From contig NW_021835399.1 of assembly GCF_006345805.1 (NCBI RefSeq), forward strand, positions 1 through 40,232: 40,232 nucleotides of DNA. Reading direction: 5' to 3'. The position numbers and the translations under genes are program-made. The stretch comes from Octopus sinensis. Lineage: Eukaryota. Positions 14,421 through 26,082 of this stretch are shown here, piece by piece (within the stretch, counting starts at the first letter, position 1; each line of letters starts with the position of its first letter). Under the pieces are notes generated by a model. It was not told the DNA's origin. It ran no database searches and saw nothing but the letters and a program-made list of their open reading frames with translations.

Positions 14421-14640
14421 ACATCTTATATATATTTATATATGTTACATATATATATTATATATACATATATATATATATATTATATTACACACACATA
14501 CACACGCATATATATATACACATATATATATATATATATATATATTTATCATACATACATACAGACATTCATACATACAGACATACATGCATACATACAT
14601 ACATGCATACATACATATGTACATATGTGTGTGTGTATGT
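13940..14640. repeat. Compound (CA)/(TATG)/(GA)/(CT)/(TA) microsatellite field
   Basis: Read directly from the sequence. Confidence 0.9.
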
Positions 14641-14650
14641 GTGTCTGTAT

Positions 14651-15052
14651 CAGGCACGTGCTGTCAGTAATTACTCAGGGTAGGCAGTTGGTGATTTTTA
14701 TGTAGTGAAACACAAAAAATAAGCGAAACGCAGAAGCGCGACTGAGTTAAAAGCAGATTTCTTTCTGCCTTTATAGCACGTAAAGAAAACGGTGTTGTAG
14801 GAGTGTACGCAGCATCTGTACTACGGCAGTACTATGCGTAGCTTAAATACTGAGATTGAAAAGCAGGGGTGATTTATGCCTACCTGATTTTCCCCCCCAA
14901 AAAAATTTTGCCTTTTATGCATAGTAATCAGAGTAACCGTTATAATTTTATTGAATTAGGTGCATATTTGCCCTAAAAGGAAAATGTTGCTATCGACCTA
15001 TCTTATTCAAGGTAGGCACTGCCTACCTTGCCTACGTAGGGACACGTCCCTG
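14651..15052. mobile_element. Non-autonomous DNA transposon (MITE), hAT-like termini
   Basis: Left end caggcacgtg and right end cacgtccctg form a 9/10 inverted match. The subterminal gtaggca motif occurs at both ends. No clear 8-bp target duplication. Confidence 0.55.
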
Positions 15053-15183
15053 ACGTATATATATATATATACAGCACAAAGGGAAAACCCTTTAAACTTA
15101 CTAATATATTATTAGGGATGGGAATAAAGTGGAAGTTTACAAAAAGTTTTGTTTTATCATTGTTATATTTTGAATTACATATA

Positions 15184-15632
15184 TACGAGGGGAAACATTC
15201 GCTGTGGGACAAACCCTTAGTAGTTCAAGTTTCCGCGGCTAGAAGCCACTTCATGCGACCCTCAGGCATCAGTCTGCCAACCGACATCGTCCAGTTACGT
15301 CGTACTACCTCGCGGTGCGTCTTTGTTTTACAGTACTTCTCCCCAGTCTATCGATTTTGCGATAGCTGAAACGAAGGAACAGCGTGCTTTCGTGAAATTC
15401 TGTTTTCTGCTTGGGAAAACGACTGCCAAAGCAGTTGTCATGCTTCAGATAGCTTACAGGGTTGCTGCCATGAACAAAACACAAATTTACGACCGGTTTC
15501 TACGCTTTATGAATGGTTACCTGCCGCTTGAAGACCAACGTCGTTCTTGACGACCGTCAACCTCCCAAACGAATGAAAAAATCAGGAAAATTCATGAACT
15601 GATCTTGGAGGACCGTCACCGAACAACAGACA
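15184..15632 (+). mobile_element. Mariner transposon 5' fragment (TIR start plus transposase N-terminus)
   Basis: Begins tacgagggg. The translation KEQRAFVKFCFLLGKTTAKAVVMLQIAY...KTQIYDRFLRFMNG..LEDQRRS*RPSTSQTNEKIRKIHELILEDRHRT fits the mariner HTH region. It is truncated at a SINE. Confidence 0.85.
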
Positions 15633-15636
15633 CAGG

Positions 15637-15860
15637 AGTAGCTGTGTGGTAAGAGCTTGCTTCCCAACCACATAGTTCCGGGTTCAGTCACACTGCGTGG
15701 TACCTTGGCCTGATGTCTTCTACTATAGGCTCGGGTCGACCAAAGCCTTGCGAGTGGATTTGGTAGACGGAAACCGAAAGAAGCCCATTATTGGTATATA
15801 TATATATATATAAAACATACATGTGTGTGTATGTGCCTCTGTTTATCCCTACCATCGCTT
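15637..15860 (+). mobile_element. SINE family A, 5' part
   Basis: gctgtgtggtaagagcttgcttcccaaccacatagttccgggttcagtc...gtagacggaaaccgaaagaagccc. Confidence 0.85.
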
Positions 15861-16270
15861 GTATGTATTAATGTAAACATCAAGAAAGGGAGAGGAGAGA
15901 GAGACAGAGACAGAGAGAGAGAAAGAGAGATGAAATATGATACCGAGATTATAAAAATTTAATGTATAATTTGATATTGATAATTTACAGTTTAGAGATA
16001 AAATAGTTATCGCACGGGTGTGAATATTGTCTAGACGTCGAAGCGAATAGAATGCAGCTCATAATAAAATGATCAAGCGGAGATACTCGCCCGACTTTTT
16101 ATAGTGACGATATGCAAGAACTTAGGCTTCAAGGGAAAGGGACATCACAGAAATAGTAAATGGTTTACGGCACAAAAAGAAAACCCTTTAAACTTACTAA
16201 AATATTATTCGGGATCCCTTATCTCTACTAAGTACAGAAGCAGATGTGTTACGTAAGATTAATATTAATT

Positions 16271-16467
16271 TTAAGGATCTGATAAAAAAAACTTTGTATA
16301 AACAACACCGATAACAACAAAAACAAGAATAATCACAACTATTTTATTTCCAGTTTTCCAAAATGCATCTTCTTTGAGAAACTCACAATCCATGGGATTA
16401 TCTCTGGTTATCGTATTGTTAAGTGCAGGAGAAACAAATTTCATCACCAGACAAAACATGCCTTTTC
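16271..16467 (-). CDS. Candidate coding exon of an unidentified gene, possibly terminal, with a C-terminal transmembrane segment
   Basis: The acceptor tttcattcattctacag|G opens a 64-codon non-repetitive frame: (G)KGMFCLVMKFVSPALNNTITRDNPMDCEFLKEDAFWKTGNKIVVIILVFVVIGVVYTKFFLSDP*. No family recognised and no partner exon identified. Confidence 0.3.
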
Positions 16468-16663
16468 CTGTAGAATGAATGAAACTGGACACTACAAACC
16501 AAAGAGTCCACTCATTAATGCCACAATAACTTTATTGTTATCAGTTATCATGCTATATTAATTGTGATAGCTATCTAGAACTTTGTAGACTCATCTCTAA
16601 GTATAGTTAATTTGTTAATTTCTCCTCTTTATAATTTGAAATCTAACGATGTATCATTATCAA

Positions 16664-17220
16664 AGGCGCGCTAGCAGAACACTCGAGACAAAATGATTAG
16701 GTGGCATTTTATCAGGCTCTTTACGCTCTGAGTTCAAATGCCGCCGAGATTGACATTACTTTTCATCCTTCTAGAATTGGTAAAATAAGCATCAATTGAG
16801 CACTAGGTCCAATCTAATCGATTGCCCCATCCCTTCAAAATTCCTAGTCTTGTGCCAAAATTAGAAAGAACCAATAAGGGTGGTCCGCAGAGGTCGACTT
16901 TGCTTTTTCTTATTGGGATTGACAAAAAGCACCGGTTGTTTATAGGGGACGATGTAATCAACAGCCCCACCCTAAAAACTGCTGGTCTTGTGTCAAAATT
17001 GGAGAAATTTTTGATGGCAGTGAATTGGCAGATCCGTTAAAGCGCCCGGAAAAATAATTGCCTTATTTGCACGAGCTTTTTTACGTTCAGAGTGCAAACG
17101 CTGAGGTCATGCTTACCTTTCATCACTTCGGTGTCAAAAAAATAAAGTATCAGTCGGCGATCCTATCAACTACTTCCTTTACCCTCAAAAGTGTTTGCTT
17201 TGCGTCTAAATTAGAAACAA
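16664..17220 (+). mobile_element. Cluster of three same-orientation SINE family B copies or fragments
   Basis: Repeated ...ctgagttcaaat...gtcgactttgc...catcctt...gatgtaatc...cttgtg(c/t)caaaattaga motifs at about 16664-16868, 16876-17010 and 17025-17220. Confidence 0.65.
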
Positions 17221-19827
17221 TTGTTATATCTCCTGTTTAGTCAAGTTTATGTCAAATCCTATAGAGGGCTTCTGTTTTTGATGCTATTATTATTTATCCC
17301 TAAATCATCTCTGATAATGCAGACCTAGTAATAATAGATCTTCCTGTCTTGGCCATTCATTTTATTTTTAGACATATTGCATCCAGGCTTACATAATCCA
17401 GTGTTATTTTTCTTAAAAAGGTAAGCTGTGAATTGATAGAGATTTGGCCGTTGTTTCTAGCAATCAATTGATTGTATAGAGACATTCCCATTGTCACACT
17501 CACAGAAAGCCTTATTTGGTTGACTTTTTATGATATTCTTATGATATGCAAGTTGTCTCAGTTTGTCAAGTAGACTACGATAAGGTATGTGATGGTATTA
17601 TTATATTATCTGTTAGGCGAGAAGGCAGTGCTCTTGACCCCTTATAGAGCTTTCGAGAGTGGTCGGTGGGAGCGAAGAAGGTATCCCCAAACAGGAGACA
17701 GCCCTAATGCTTACAACAGAGTGTCTATATTTAGTTATCTTTCAAGCAGCAACCTCGAAGGCTTCTAAAATTCGAATTGATAGGGTATTGAATCGAACAC
17801 CACATTGATTTATCGGCATTCATATCATGACACCAGCAATGAAATATGTACATCGTCGAGACAGCTCTCAATTGTTCAGTCGGTCTATCTCTAACATGAC
17901 GGATGTTCTAATATCATAGGTCACAGCCTCAGCTCTATTACTCATAGTATTTCAGATAATATTTTTAAAAGAATGAATGGTTACACAGCTTCACAGAATT
18001 CACATGTCGATGAAGAGGAAAGCTATTCGGAATAGATTGAAAATATATCCACTTTCTGAAGAGATTAAAAGTTAAAATATATTTCAGTCTAGAAACGTAT
18101 CTGTTAAACAATTGTTATCAGTTGAATTTATACCTAATAAGCTCCAATACTTACGTAGATAAAATCTTCGTAGTTATATTTTAAAAGTCCTGTTATTAAA
18201 ACTTATAAACATACTAAAAGATTGTGTTTGTTTATGTTTTTTCTTCTACCCACCAAAATTATTAACCACATAAATCTCGTATAGATTTTCAAATGCTTTA
18301 AATATTTTCAACGGGTTTTCTGTGTTATATTACATGGAAGCGTGGATATGGTTATGCAACCTAAGAAGGCTTAACTAATGTAAGGAAGTACTGTGAACAT
18401 AATACAAAATGCTAATCAGCATGTTCTGAAATGTTTAAGTAAATAAATTTCCTGAGTCATGCATTTATTGCTGATGTTTCGATGCTTCATTTCCTAACCC
18501 AGAAAGAAATAATCGATCGTATGTTATTTGTAATTAGTATAACTTGACACGAATCAATAGCAAAAGGAGTTGACTATTGATCAATAGTTGACTTGGAAGC
18601 ATCCATGACCTATAGAGAGAAAAAGAATTTTATTTGCTTTTACCAAAACTATTGGAGAGGTTTTACAAGAGTTTTACGTCATTGAGAAGTCATTAAAAGC
18701 AAATGTCAACTGAAGAATTATTCTGAACTTTATTTTTCTATTCACGTTTCAAGACTAGAATATTCTTTCCATGCTCGGTTGGAGCTTTAGCCGTCACTCT
18801 CATTGGTCTTTCCTTTTCTTCTTTGAAGAATCAATCGTCTCACGCGCTTTATCTTTTCATTCTTTTCTTTCTATTCTTTTCGATAATTATTTAGCTTTTT
18901 CTTTCTTTCCTTCTTTTTCTTTCTTTCTTTCCTTCTTTTTTCTTTCTTTCTTTTATCTCCCCACTCTACTTCTCAAGTTTTCTTTTTTTTATTAAATTTA
19001 ATTTATTCAACCTCTAAACAAAAACAAAAATACGCATACACAGCAATCATAAAATTTGACAAGATGCTGTGATGTTAAAGTAGAAATTAACAACATTACA
19101 TGGAAGCTATTAAAAGCAGCTACCTTACTATACGCTAAATTTATCGCACTGTAGCTATCATTCTAGATGTGACCTGTTGTTATACATCTGAATTCTTCAA
19201 TGTTTTACATTCATATGGCCGTAGGGAATGGTTTCAGGTGTATCGGTTGTTTGTTGTTATCGTTGTTGTTGCTGTGGCTGTTATTGTTCTTATTTAGCTC
19301 AAGGTCATCTCTGATCAAGCAGACTAATGCTAAAATGTATTAAAATGTATTCCACGCAAGATGAATCCATTTTTTTTTTGTTCAAGAATAGTGTTCTTAA
19401 GACTAGGGCACATTATTTAATGTAACTTCGTTTTTTTTTAAGATGGTAGGAGTTAGTTTAAAGGAAATTTGGCTATTTCTAGCCGACTGAGTATATGTAC
19501 AGCAGTATCTATTTTGATTCTGATATTTTCAAAACGGTTTACTCTACAACGATTCAAACTTTTGCCACTCAATCTCACTAAAACACTGACAACTCTCACG
19601 ACACCCTGCTCTGATAAACACTAACTGAAAGTCTTGAGCTGAGATAAATACCATTTATGACCAGTGCAGTACCACAAGTTTTGCAGTTAGATCAAATTGC
19701 TTTTCTCCTCCTCCACAGTGAAATTTAGTAGAATTTACTATCATATAGGCCCCCGTGTTAACAGCAGAAGAAACTCTCTTTGAATGGATTTCTACAAGAC
19801 TATATATACACGGTAGTGCGTTGTTGC

Positions 19828-19995
19828 CCTTCCTGCTTGCATGAGTGCTTTGTGCTATCCTTGCACGCAGGAGTGCGTTGTGCAAGCCATATGTAGGATT
19901 GCGTTGTGTCGTCCTTGTACACAGGTGCATGTAGAGCTCCTCCTTGCACGCAAGTGCGCATAGTGCCATCCCTGCACTCAGGAGTGTGTAGCTCT
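19828..19995. repeat. Degenerate tandem array with units of about 29-30 bp
   Basis: Recurring ccttgcacgcaggagtgcg-like units at about 19858, 19911, 19941 and 19969. Confidence 0.55.
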
Positions 19996-20114
19996 GTCCT
20001 TACTGTTGTGGGAATTTAACTGGAGTAGTGATCTTTGAATTTCATTCAGTGTGTTCAGTCAGAGTTGATTGATGTCACACTGCAAATACGGCTACACCAC
20101 AATATCTTGATACA

Positions 20115-20300
20115 TGAAGGCAGCAAGCTGACAGAATCGTTAGCACGCTTTAAGTTCTGAGTTCAAATTCTGCCGAAGTCGACTTTGCTTTTCATCCTTT
20201 TGGGGTTGATAAAATAAGTTCCATTTGAAAGCTGGGGATCAATGTAATCGGGGTAACCCTCCCCCGAAATTGCTGGTCTTGTGCCAAAACTTTAAATCAA
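20115..20300 (+). mobile_element. SINE family B
   Basis: aaggcagcaagctgacagaatcgttagcacg...ctgagttcaaattctgccgaagtcgactttgc...cttgtgccaaaac. Confidence 0.85.
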
Positions 20301-21271
20301 TATCTCGATACACTTCACAACGAGCCAGCGAGGACCTTCTATGTCATCGCTCAACATGCCGGAAATAACAGCCAAATCGGTCAAAAAATTCATCTCACGA
20401 TCTTAAAGAAAGAACATACTGCATATGTTGCAAAATATTGTACGTCTCAAATGAAAAATGAATGGTTTAGGTTAGAACGCTTTTGGCCATAGATTATGTG
20501 TAAAACATGAACAGAGGTGACCTGGAGATAAACGATAACAGCAACATCTTTTCATAGTTGAACATACTCACTAGATTTATGCAAGAAAACTAACTTTATA
20601 GCAACAACAAAAGCGATTTAAACGTAACACCATAACGCATCTGATATATGCAAAAGTTGTCAGAGAACATCAATGGTTACGGATCTGTCCAAAACACCTA
20701 TTAAAGTAACTACATTCTTAAAAAGTTTCTCCGTTACACGTAGAAAGATCACCAAGCAACTTCATACACAAATAATCCTGAAAAATATACGATTTTGCCC
20801 GAAGAATAATAATAAAACTGACAGTAACAAAAAAAAAAGATACCCAAAGAACTGGAAGTAACGTCATCTCGTATCCTAATGTCACAGGTCAGTACAGAAT
20901 GCATTTAAAAATTAACACTTCATAATCAAATAAACTTTGTAACCATGACACAAACAATCTAAAAATGCTGCTTGTTACATTAAAGACATTTTATGTGACT
21001 AAAAGATTTTTATCATCACTCACACCGTTCATTAATTCAGGAAAACACAATTAATAGCAGATCACAGAATATTTACCTGTTTGAATTATACTAAAATCAG
21101 ACGAGACAGAAACAACGGGGGTTGGCTGATAACATACTTAACAAAAGACTGGGAATTTAATTGAAAGATATCGCGAATGACGTTCGTAAGCTAATACGGA
21201 TAAAATACAGAGACACTACAAGTGCAAGCTTTGAAAATAACATATAAGACTTGTAAGCGAAGTACATTAAT

Positions 21272-21350
<79 letters not shown>

Positions 21351-21435
21351 TGCGTACATATCTATATATACATATTTTATATCGCACGTTTCCGATGACC
21401 TCTACTCAACAAAAGTAAATTATACCAGACAAAAC

Positions 21436-21597
21436 GGAAAATTTGTGTTGGTAGAAATAAATGGGTTTCAGACGAAAATGCAATTAGATACCGGTTCAGA
21501 TGTATCGATAATGAATACGGCAACATGGAGTAAGTGGTATAAAAGAACTACTAGGATAGCCCACGGTGTGTCAGGGGAACGAGTTCAATTCTTGTTT
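21436..21597 (+). pseudogene. Ty3/Gypsy aspartic protease remnant
   Basis: In-frame GKFVLVEINGFQTKMQLDTGSDVSIMNTATWSK...RIAHGVSGERVQF contains the retropepsin LDTGS catalytic motif. Confidence 0.8.
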
Positions 21598-21681
21598 TAG
21601 CCTACTTCATTGTCTGAGGGCGTCCACACAACAACATACATACATACATATATACATACATAAATACATATATATATATAT

Positions 21682-21926
21682 ATAAGTCCCGGGGTCGAGT
21701 TGCTCGATTAAAGGCCGTGCTCCAGCATGGCCGCAGTCAAATGACTGAAACAAGTAAAAGAGTAAAGAGTTAACTCGACCCCGGGACTTATTCTTTCGTA
21801 AGCCCAGTACTTATTCTATCGGTCTCTTTTGCCCAACCGCTAAGTAACGGGGACATAAACACACCAGCATCGGTTGTCAAGCAATGCTAGGGGGACAAAC
21901 ACAGACACACAAACACACACACTCGC

Positions 21927-21959
<33 letters not shown>

Positions 21960-22120
21960 TACGACGGGCTTCTTTCAGTTTCCGTCTACCAAATCCACTC
22001 ACAAGGCTTTGGTCGGCCCGAGGCTATAGTAGAAGACACTTGCCCAAGGTGCCACGCAGTGGGACTGAACCCGGGACCATGTGGCTGGTAAACAAGCTAC
22101 TTACCACACAGCCACTCCTG
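21682..22120 (-). mobile_element. SINE family A with a locally inverted 3' tail
   Basis: Body and head lie on the minus strand (21772-22120), while the tail at 21682-21770 lies on the plus strand. A perfect 20-bp inverted repeat spans 21682-21701 and 21772-21791. Confidence 0.85.
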
Positions 22121-22122
22121 CG

Positions 22123-22269
<147 letters not shown>

Positions 22270-22278
22270 TATATAGAA

Positions 22279-22331
22279 GGAGCTTCTACAGGACTAGAAC
22301 TGTTTCATTCAATAGAAATCTTCAGGAAGCT

Positions 22332-22333
<2 letters not shown>
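22279..22333 (-). ncRNA. Type I hammerhead ribozyme, solo, embedded in (TA)n
   Basis: Minus strand: ggagcttc-CTGAAGA-t[ttc tatt gaa]t-GAA-[acag ttctagtc ctgt]-A-gaagctcc. This gives an 8-bp stem I, a 3-bp stem II with a U.U closing pair, a 4-bp stem III and a GUA cleavage triplet. Confidence 0.8.
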
Positions 22334-22361
<28 letters not shown>

Positions 22362-22367
<6 letters not shown>

Positions 22368-22685
22368 ACTCCGTCGGTTACGGCGACGAGCGTTCCAGCT
22401 GATCCGATCAACGTAACGGCCTCTTCTTGAAATTAACGCGCAAGTAGCTGAGTACTCCGCAAGTACGCATACCTTAACGTAGTTCTCAGGGAGATTGGTT
22501 TAGCGTGACACAGAAGGTTGACCCTTTGATTTACAGGTGCCACTCATTGTTGCTAGCTAATGGACTGGAGCAACGTGAAATAAAGTGTCTGGATTAAGGA
22601 CACAACGCACCACCGGTTTTCGTACTCTCGACTTTATGATCGTAAGCCGAATACCCTAACCACTCAGCCACGCGCCTTCACATGC
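22362..22685 (-). mobile_element. SINE family C
   Basis: Reverse-complement homolog of 39485-39795, with tail ...cgttgatcggatcagctggaacgctcgtcgccgtaaccgacggagtggc. Confidence 0.8.
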
Positions 22686-22773
22686 CATTCAAGAAGAAAA
22701 TGCATAGATGTACTCACACACACACACACACACACACACACAACACACACACACACATAACATACACACACAC

Positions 22774-22819
<46 letters not shown>

Positions 22820-23169
22820 CGCATTCATCTCATCGAACTAGCTACAATTCTTTCCGAGATCAACCTCCATAAACATACATAGCTATCGCAATCTCTTGGC
22901 GAACATTTCTCGGAGTGCCTACCAATTATCATCAAAAGTTATTCGCACAAGAATGAAAATGAGCAAAAGCAATTTTTTAAAATTTCAAAAAAAAAAGCTT
23001 AAATGAACAACTTTGACAAGAAACAGAATCAAGGTTTTCTAACTCAACAATACCGCAACCAGACACACAAATTTATAATTTTAATAAAACAATTATAGGT
23101 GTACCTAAAACAACACATCCCATATTTATACGCGATTATTTACGGATGCTGGGTAAAATCACAAGTCTA

Positions 23170-23575
23170 GAGTGGCTGAGTGGTAAGCAGTTTGCTTACC
23201 AACTACATGGTTCCGGGTTCAGTTCCACTGCGTGGCACCTTAGACAAGTGTCTTCTACTATAGCCTCGAATAGACCAAAGCCTTGGGAGTGGATTTGGTA
23301 GACGGAAACTGAAAGAAGCCTGTCGTATATAAACATATATATATATATATGTGTGTATGTGTGTGTGTCTGTGTTTGTCCCTCCACCATCGCTTTACAAA
23401 CGATATTTGTGTGTTTACGTTCTCGTAAACTAGCGGTTCGGCAAAAGAGACCGATAGAATGCGTACTAGGCTTACAAAGAATAAGTCTTGGGGGTCAATT
23501 TCTTCGACTAAAAGCTGTGCTCCAGTATGGCCGCAGTCAAATGACTGAAATAAATAAAAGAATAAGAGAATAAAA
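23170..23575 (+). mobile_element. SINE family A, full length
   Basis: Head, short (TA)/(TG) insert, body and tail ending ...gtcaaatgactgaaataaataaaagaataagag. Confidence 0.9.
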
Positions 23576-24563
23576 GAATAACATTATACAAATCTATTGT
23601 CGTAGAAATCCATCATGTACGCATAAAAGAATCATAAGATATGGTATCCCTAATCCACACACTAACCTCCCGAAATCCCAACATAGATTCGTACGAGTAC
23701 ACTACAATACTACTGACAACAATAAACAGAAGCCCTCCCGCCAACAGGCTTCTGCACAGTTTCCACCAAGCCAATTTCATTCATAAGATTCTAGGATACT
23801 AGTCGGCTCTAAGAAATGGGAGACAGCATTTCCCCAAGGAAAGAACTCGATCTTGATACCACGTAGTTGCGAAGAGAAAGTCTTCACCACACAACCTTTC
23901 AACAATTATCCATGGGGAAAAAAAATCCATCAAATTCAATATATAGCTAAACAAAAATAATCCATAAATATCAGCTTTGTTAATATTAAAGCGAAATCGG
24001 TATCATAGCTATGAATACAATACTATACCAAACAAAATATCAAATGACATTTCCTTATAGCATAACTTAACATATTCTGCTGTGTCATACTATTCACCAA
24101 TAAATCGTGCTTGCCACAACACACGATGTACGTCGTGTTATTTCCGTATAATTTCACACTATATCATGCCATAAATCATATTTTATTTATCGCTTACATA
24201 CATATTCTGAAATATATGGCTTCTAATATATGATACCTAAGCAAGTAATCACACTATAGTAATCAACACCACGCTATATACTTTATATACTACTACACGT
24301 TTGCATAATATATCGTCTGACATTTATAAATTCTTTCTCTCTATAAATTTATGTCATAGCTCTAAATAAGCTACAATTTCTATGGTGGGTAAAGCGTTGT
24401 TACGTATTTTTGTGGAAACTGCCCCTCTAAGACTAATTATGTTAAATTGATGTGAGATATGTTCCACGCTAACGGGTATATACAGCTCGAAGAAGGTTAA
24501 TTCTATATTGGGCATTTTGAACTAACTTTTTCTTTGAAAGTTCGTTCTATTAGTTTACATATA

Positions 24564-24800
24564 ATCATCATCATTGTTCGACCGTGGTCGAGACAATGGA
24601 ATTTCTATGCTACGCCAGACTTCACGGTCCATCATAGCATTACGGAGGTCCTGTTGCTGGATGCCTGTATCCCTGGCGATTACATCAGGGTAGGAGAGTG
24701 TGCGCCCTCTGGTATCGCGAGTAGATGGCTTCCAGAGAAGAGGAGAAATAACCTCGTTTTCAGCTCTACAACAATGTCCAGCAATCTGGACTCTCCTACT
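24564..24800 (-). mobile_element. RTE-clade LINE, 5'-truncated 3' end
   Basis: Translation RRVQIAGHCCRAENEVISPLLWKPSTRDTRGRTLSYPDVIARDTG...DLRNAMMDREVWR fits RTE ORF C-termini. It ends in a stem-loop and (GAT)n. Confidence 0.85.
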
Positions 24801-25001
24801 TTTCACAAGAGATGATACAGGCGGTAGTTTCCCATATCTTTGTACTTTGGTTGGATGACGCTTCTACGAGAGAATTTGAGATTTTTACATGTAAAATCGT
24901 TGTTCCTTTGGTACATTCATCTGCTCCATGTTCTTTCATGCCTAATCCGTACGACCATAAGCCGTATCCCTCTGGCCACAGAGCGATTCTGTATTCATGT
25001 A

Positions 25002-25054
25002 CCTCCTGATGAGAGATATATCTATAACTCTCGAAACAGAACATTGCGTAGCGG
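25002..25054 (+). ncRNA. Type I hammerhead ribozyme, partly decayed, in a probable PLE-type 3' region
   Basis: cctc-CTGATGA-[gaga...tctc]-GAAAC-agaacattgc-GTA-gcgg. Canonical G10.1-C11.1 pair, 3 of 4 pairs in stem I, and a stem III two substitutions away from a perfect ACGCAA/TTGCGT stem. Confidence 0.6.
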
Positions 25055-25214
25055 AAGACTTACTACTAGGTAAGACCGCACATCACACCTTTATTTTGTG
25101 TATCAGAAGTTCACCGTTTTCTTTCATTCTTTCACTGTACAGACATGATGTCGTAGCCACGAATAATTCATAATTTATATCAACATTTAGTGAACAATTT
25201 TCGTGAAAAATAAC

Positions 25215-25450
25215 TATTTCTTTACTACCCACAAGAGGCTAAACACAGAGAGGACAATCAAGGACAGACAAACGGATTAAGTCGATTATATCGACCCCAG
25301 TGCATAACTGGTACTTAATTTATCGAACCCGAAAGGATGAAAGGCAAAGTCGACCTCGGTGGAATTTGAACTCAGTACGTAACGGCAGACGAAATACAGC
25401 TACGCATTTCAGCCGGCGTGCTAACGTTTCTGCCACCTCGCCGCCTTTCC
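25215..25450 (-). mobile_element. SINE family B, full length
   Basis: tactacccacaagaggctaaacacagagagg...gaaaggatgaaaggcaaagtcgacctcgg...gctaacgtttctgcca. Confidence 0.9.
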
Positions 25451-25607
25451 GTGAAAAATACCACTCTAAGATTAATTATGGTGTACCCTGGGAGGATGGT
25501 TGATAAATTGTATATCGAGGGAAGAAGCGGTATTTTACGTTTCGGGACTGATACTTCGTATGAGAGAAATTATATTTTTAACAAAGGTTTTTAGGAAGGA
25601 GTGATAA

Positions 25608-25699
<92 letters not shown>

Positions 25700-25748
25700 C
25701 ATCCATCCATCCATCCATCCATCCATCCATCCAACCATCCATCCATCC

Positions 25749-25826
<78 letters not shown>

Positions 25827-25976
25827 ATACACTTGCACAGTTAAATGTATCTTTGCGAACATAAATATACAGTATATATATATAAGTATGTATGTATATA
25901 ATATATATATATATATATATACATATACATGCATACATACACACACATGTACATATATACACATACATACACACAC

Positions 25977-26009
<33 letters not shown>

Positions 26010-26051
26010 TGTCTGCATATATATATATGTATATATATATATACTATATAT

Positions 26052-26082
<31 letters not shown>

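Noticed and set aside
18058-18110. CTGAAGA...GAAAC...GTT
   Set aside because: Stem II is out of register and stem I is only three A-U pairs, which is expected by chance in AT-rich DNA.
18154-18188. 35-nt minus-strand micro-exon (GLLKYNYEDFIY) with good AG/GTAAGT sites
   Set aside because: It ends in phase 0 while the 16467 exon needs phase 1, and the peptide is not recognisable.
19655-19969. 104-aa minus-strand ORF
   Set aside because: Overlaps the degenerate tandem array, with no domain similarity or splice support.
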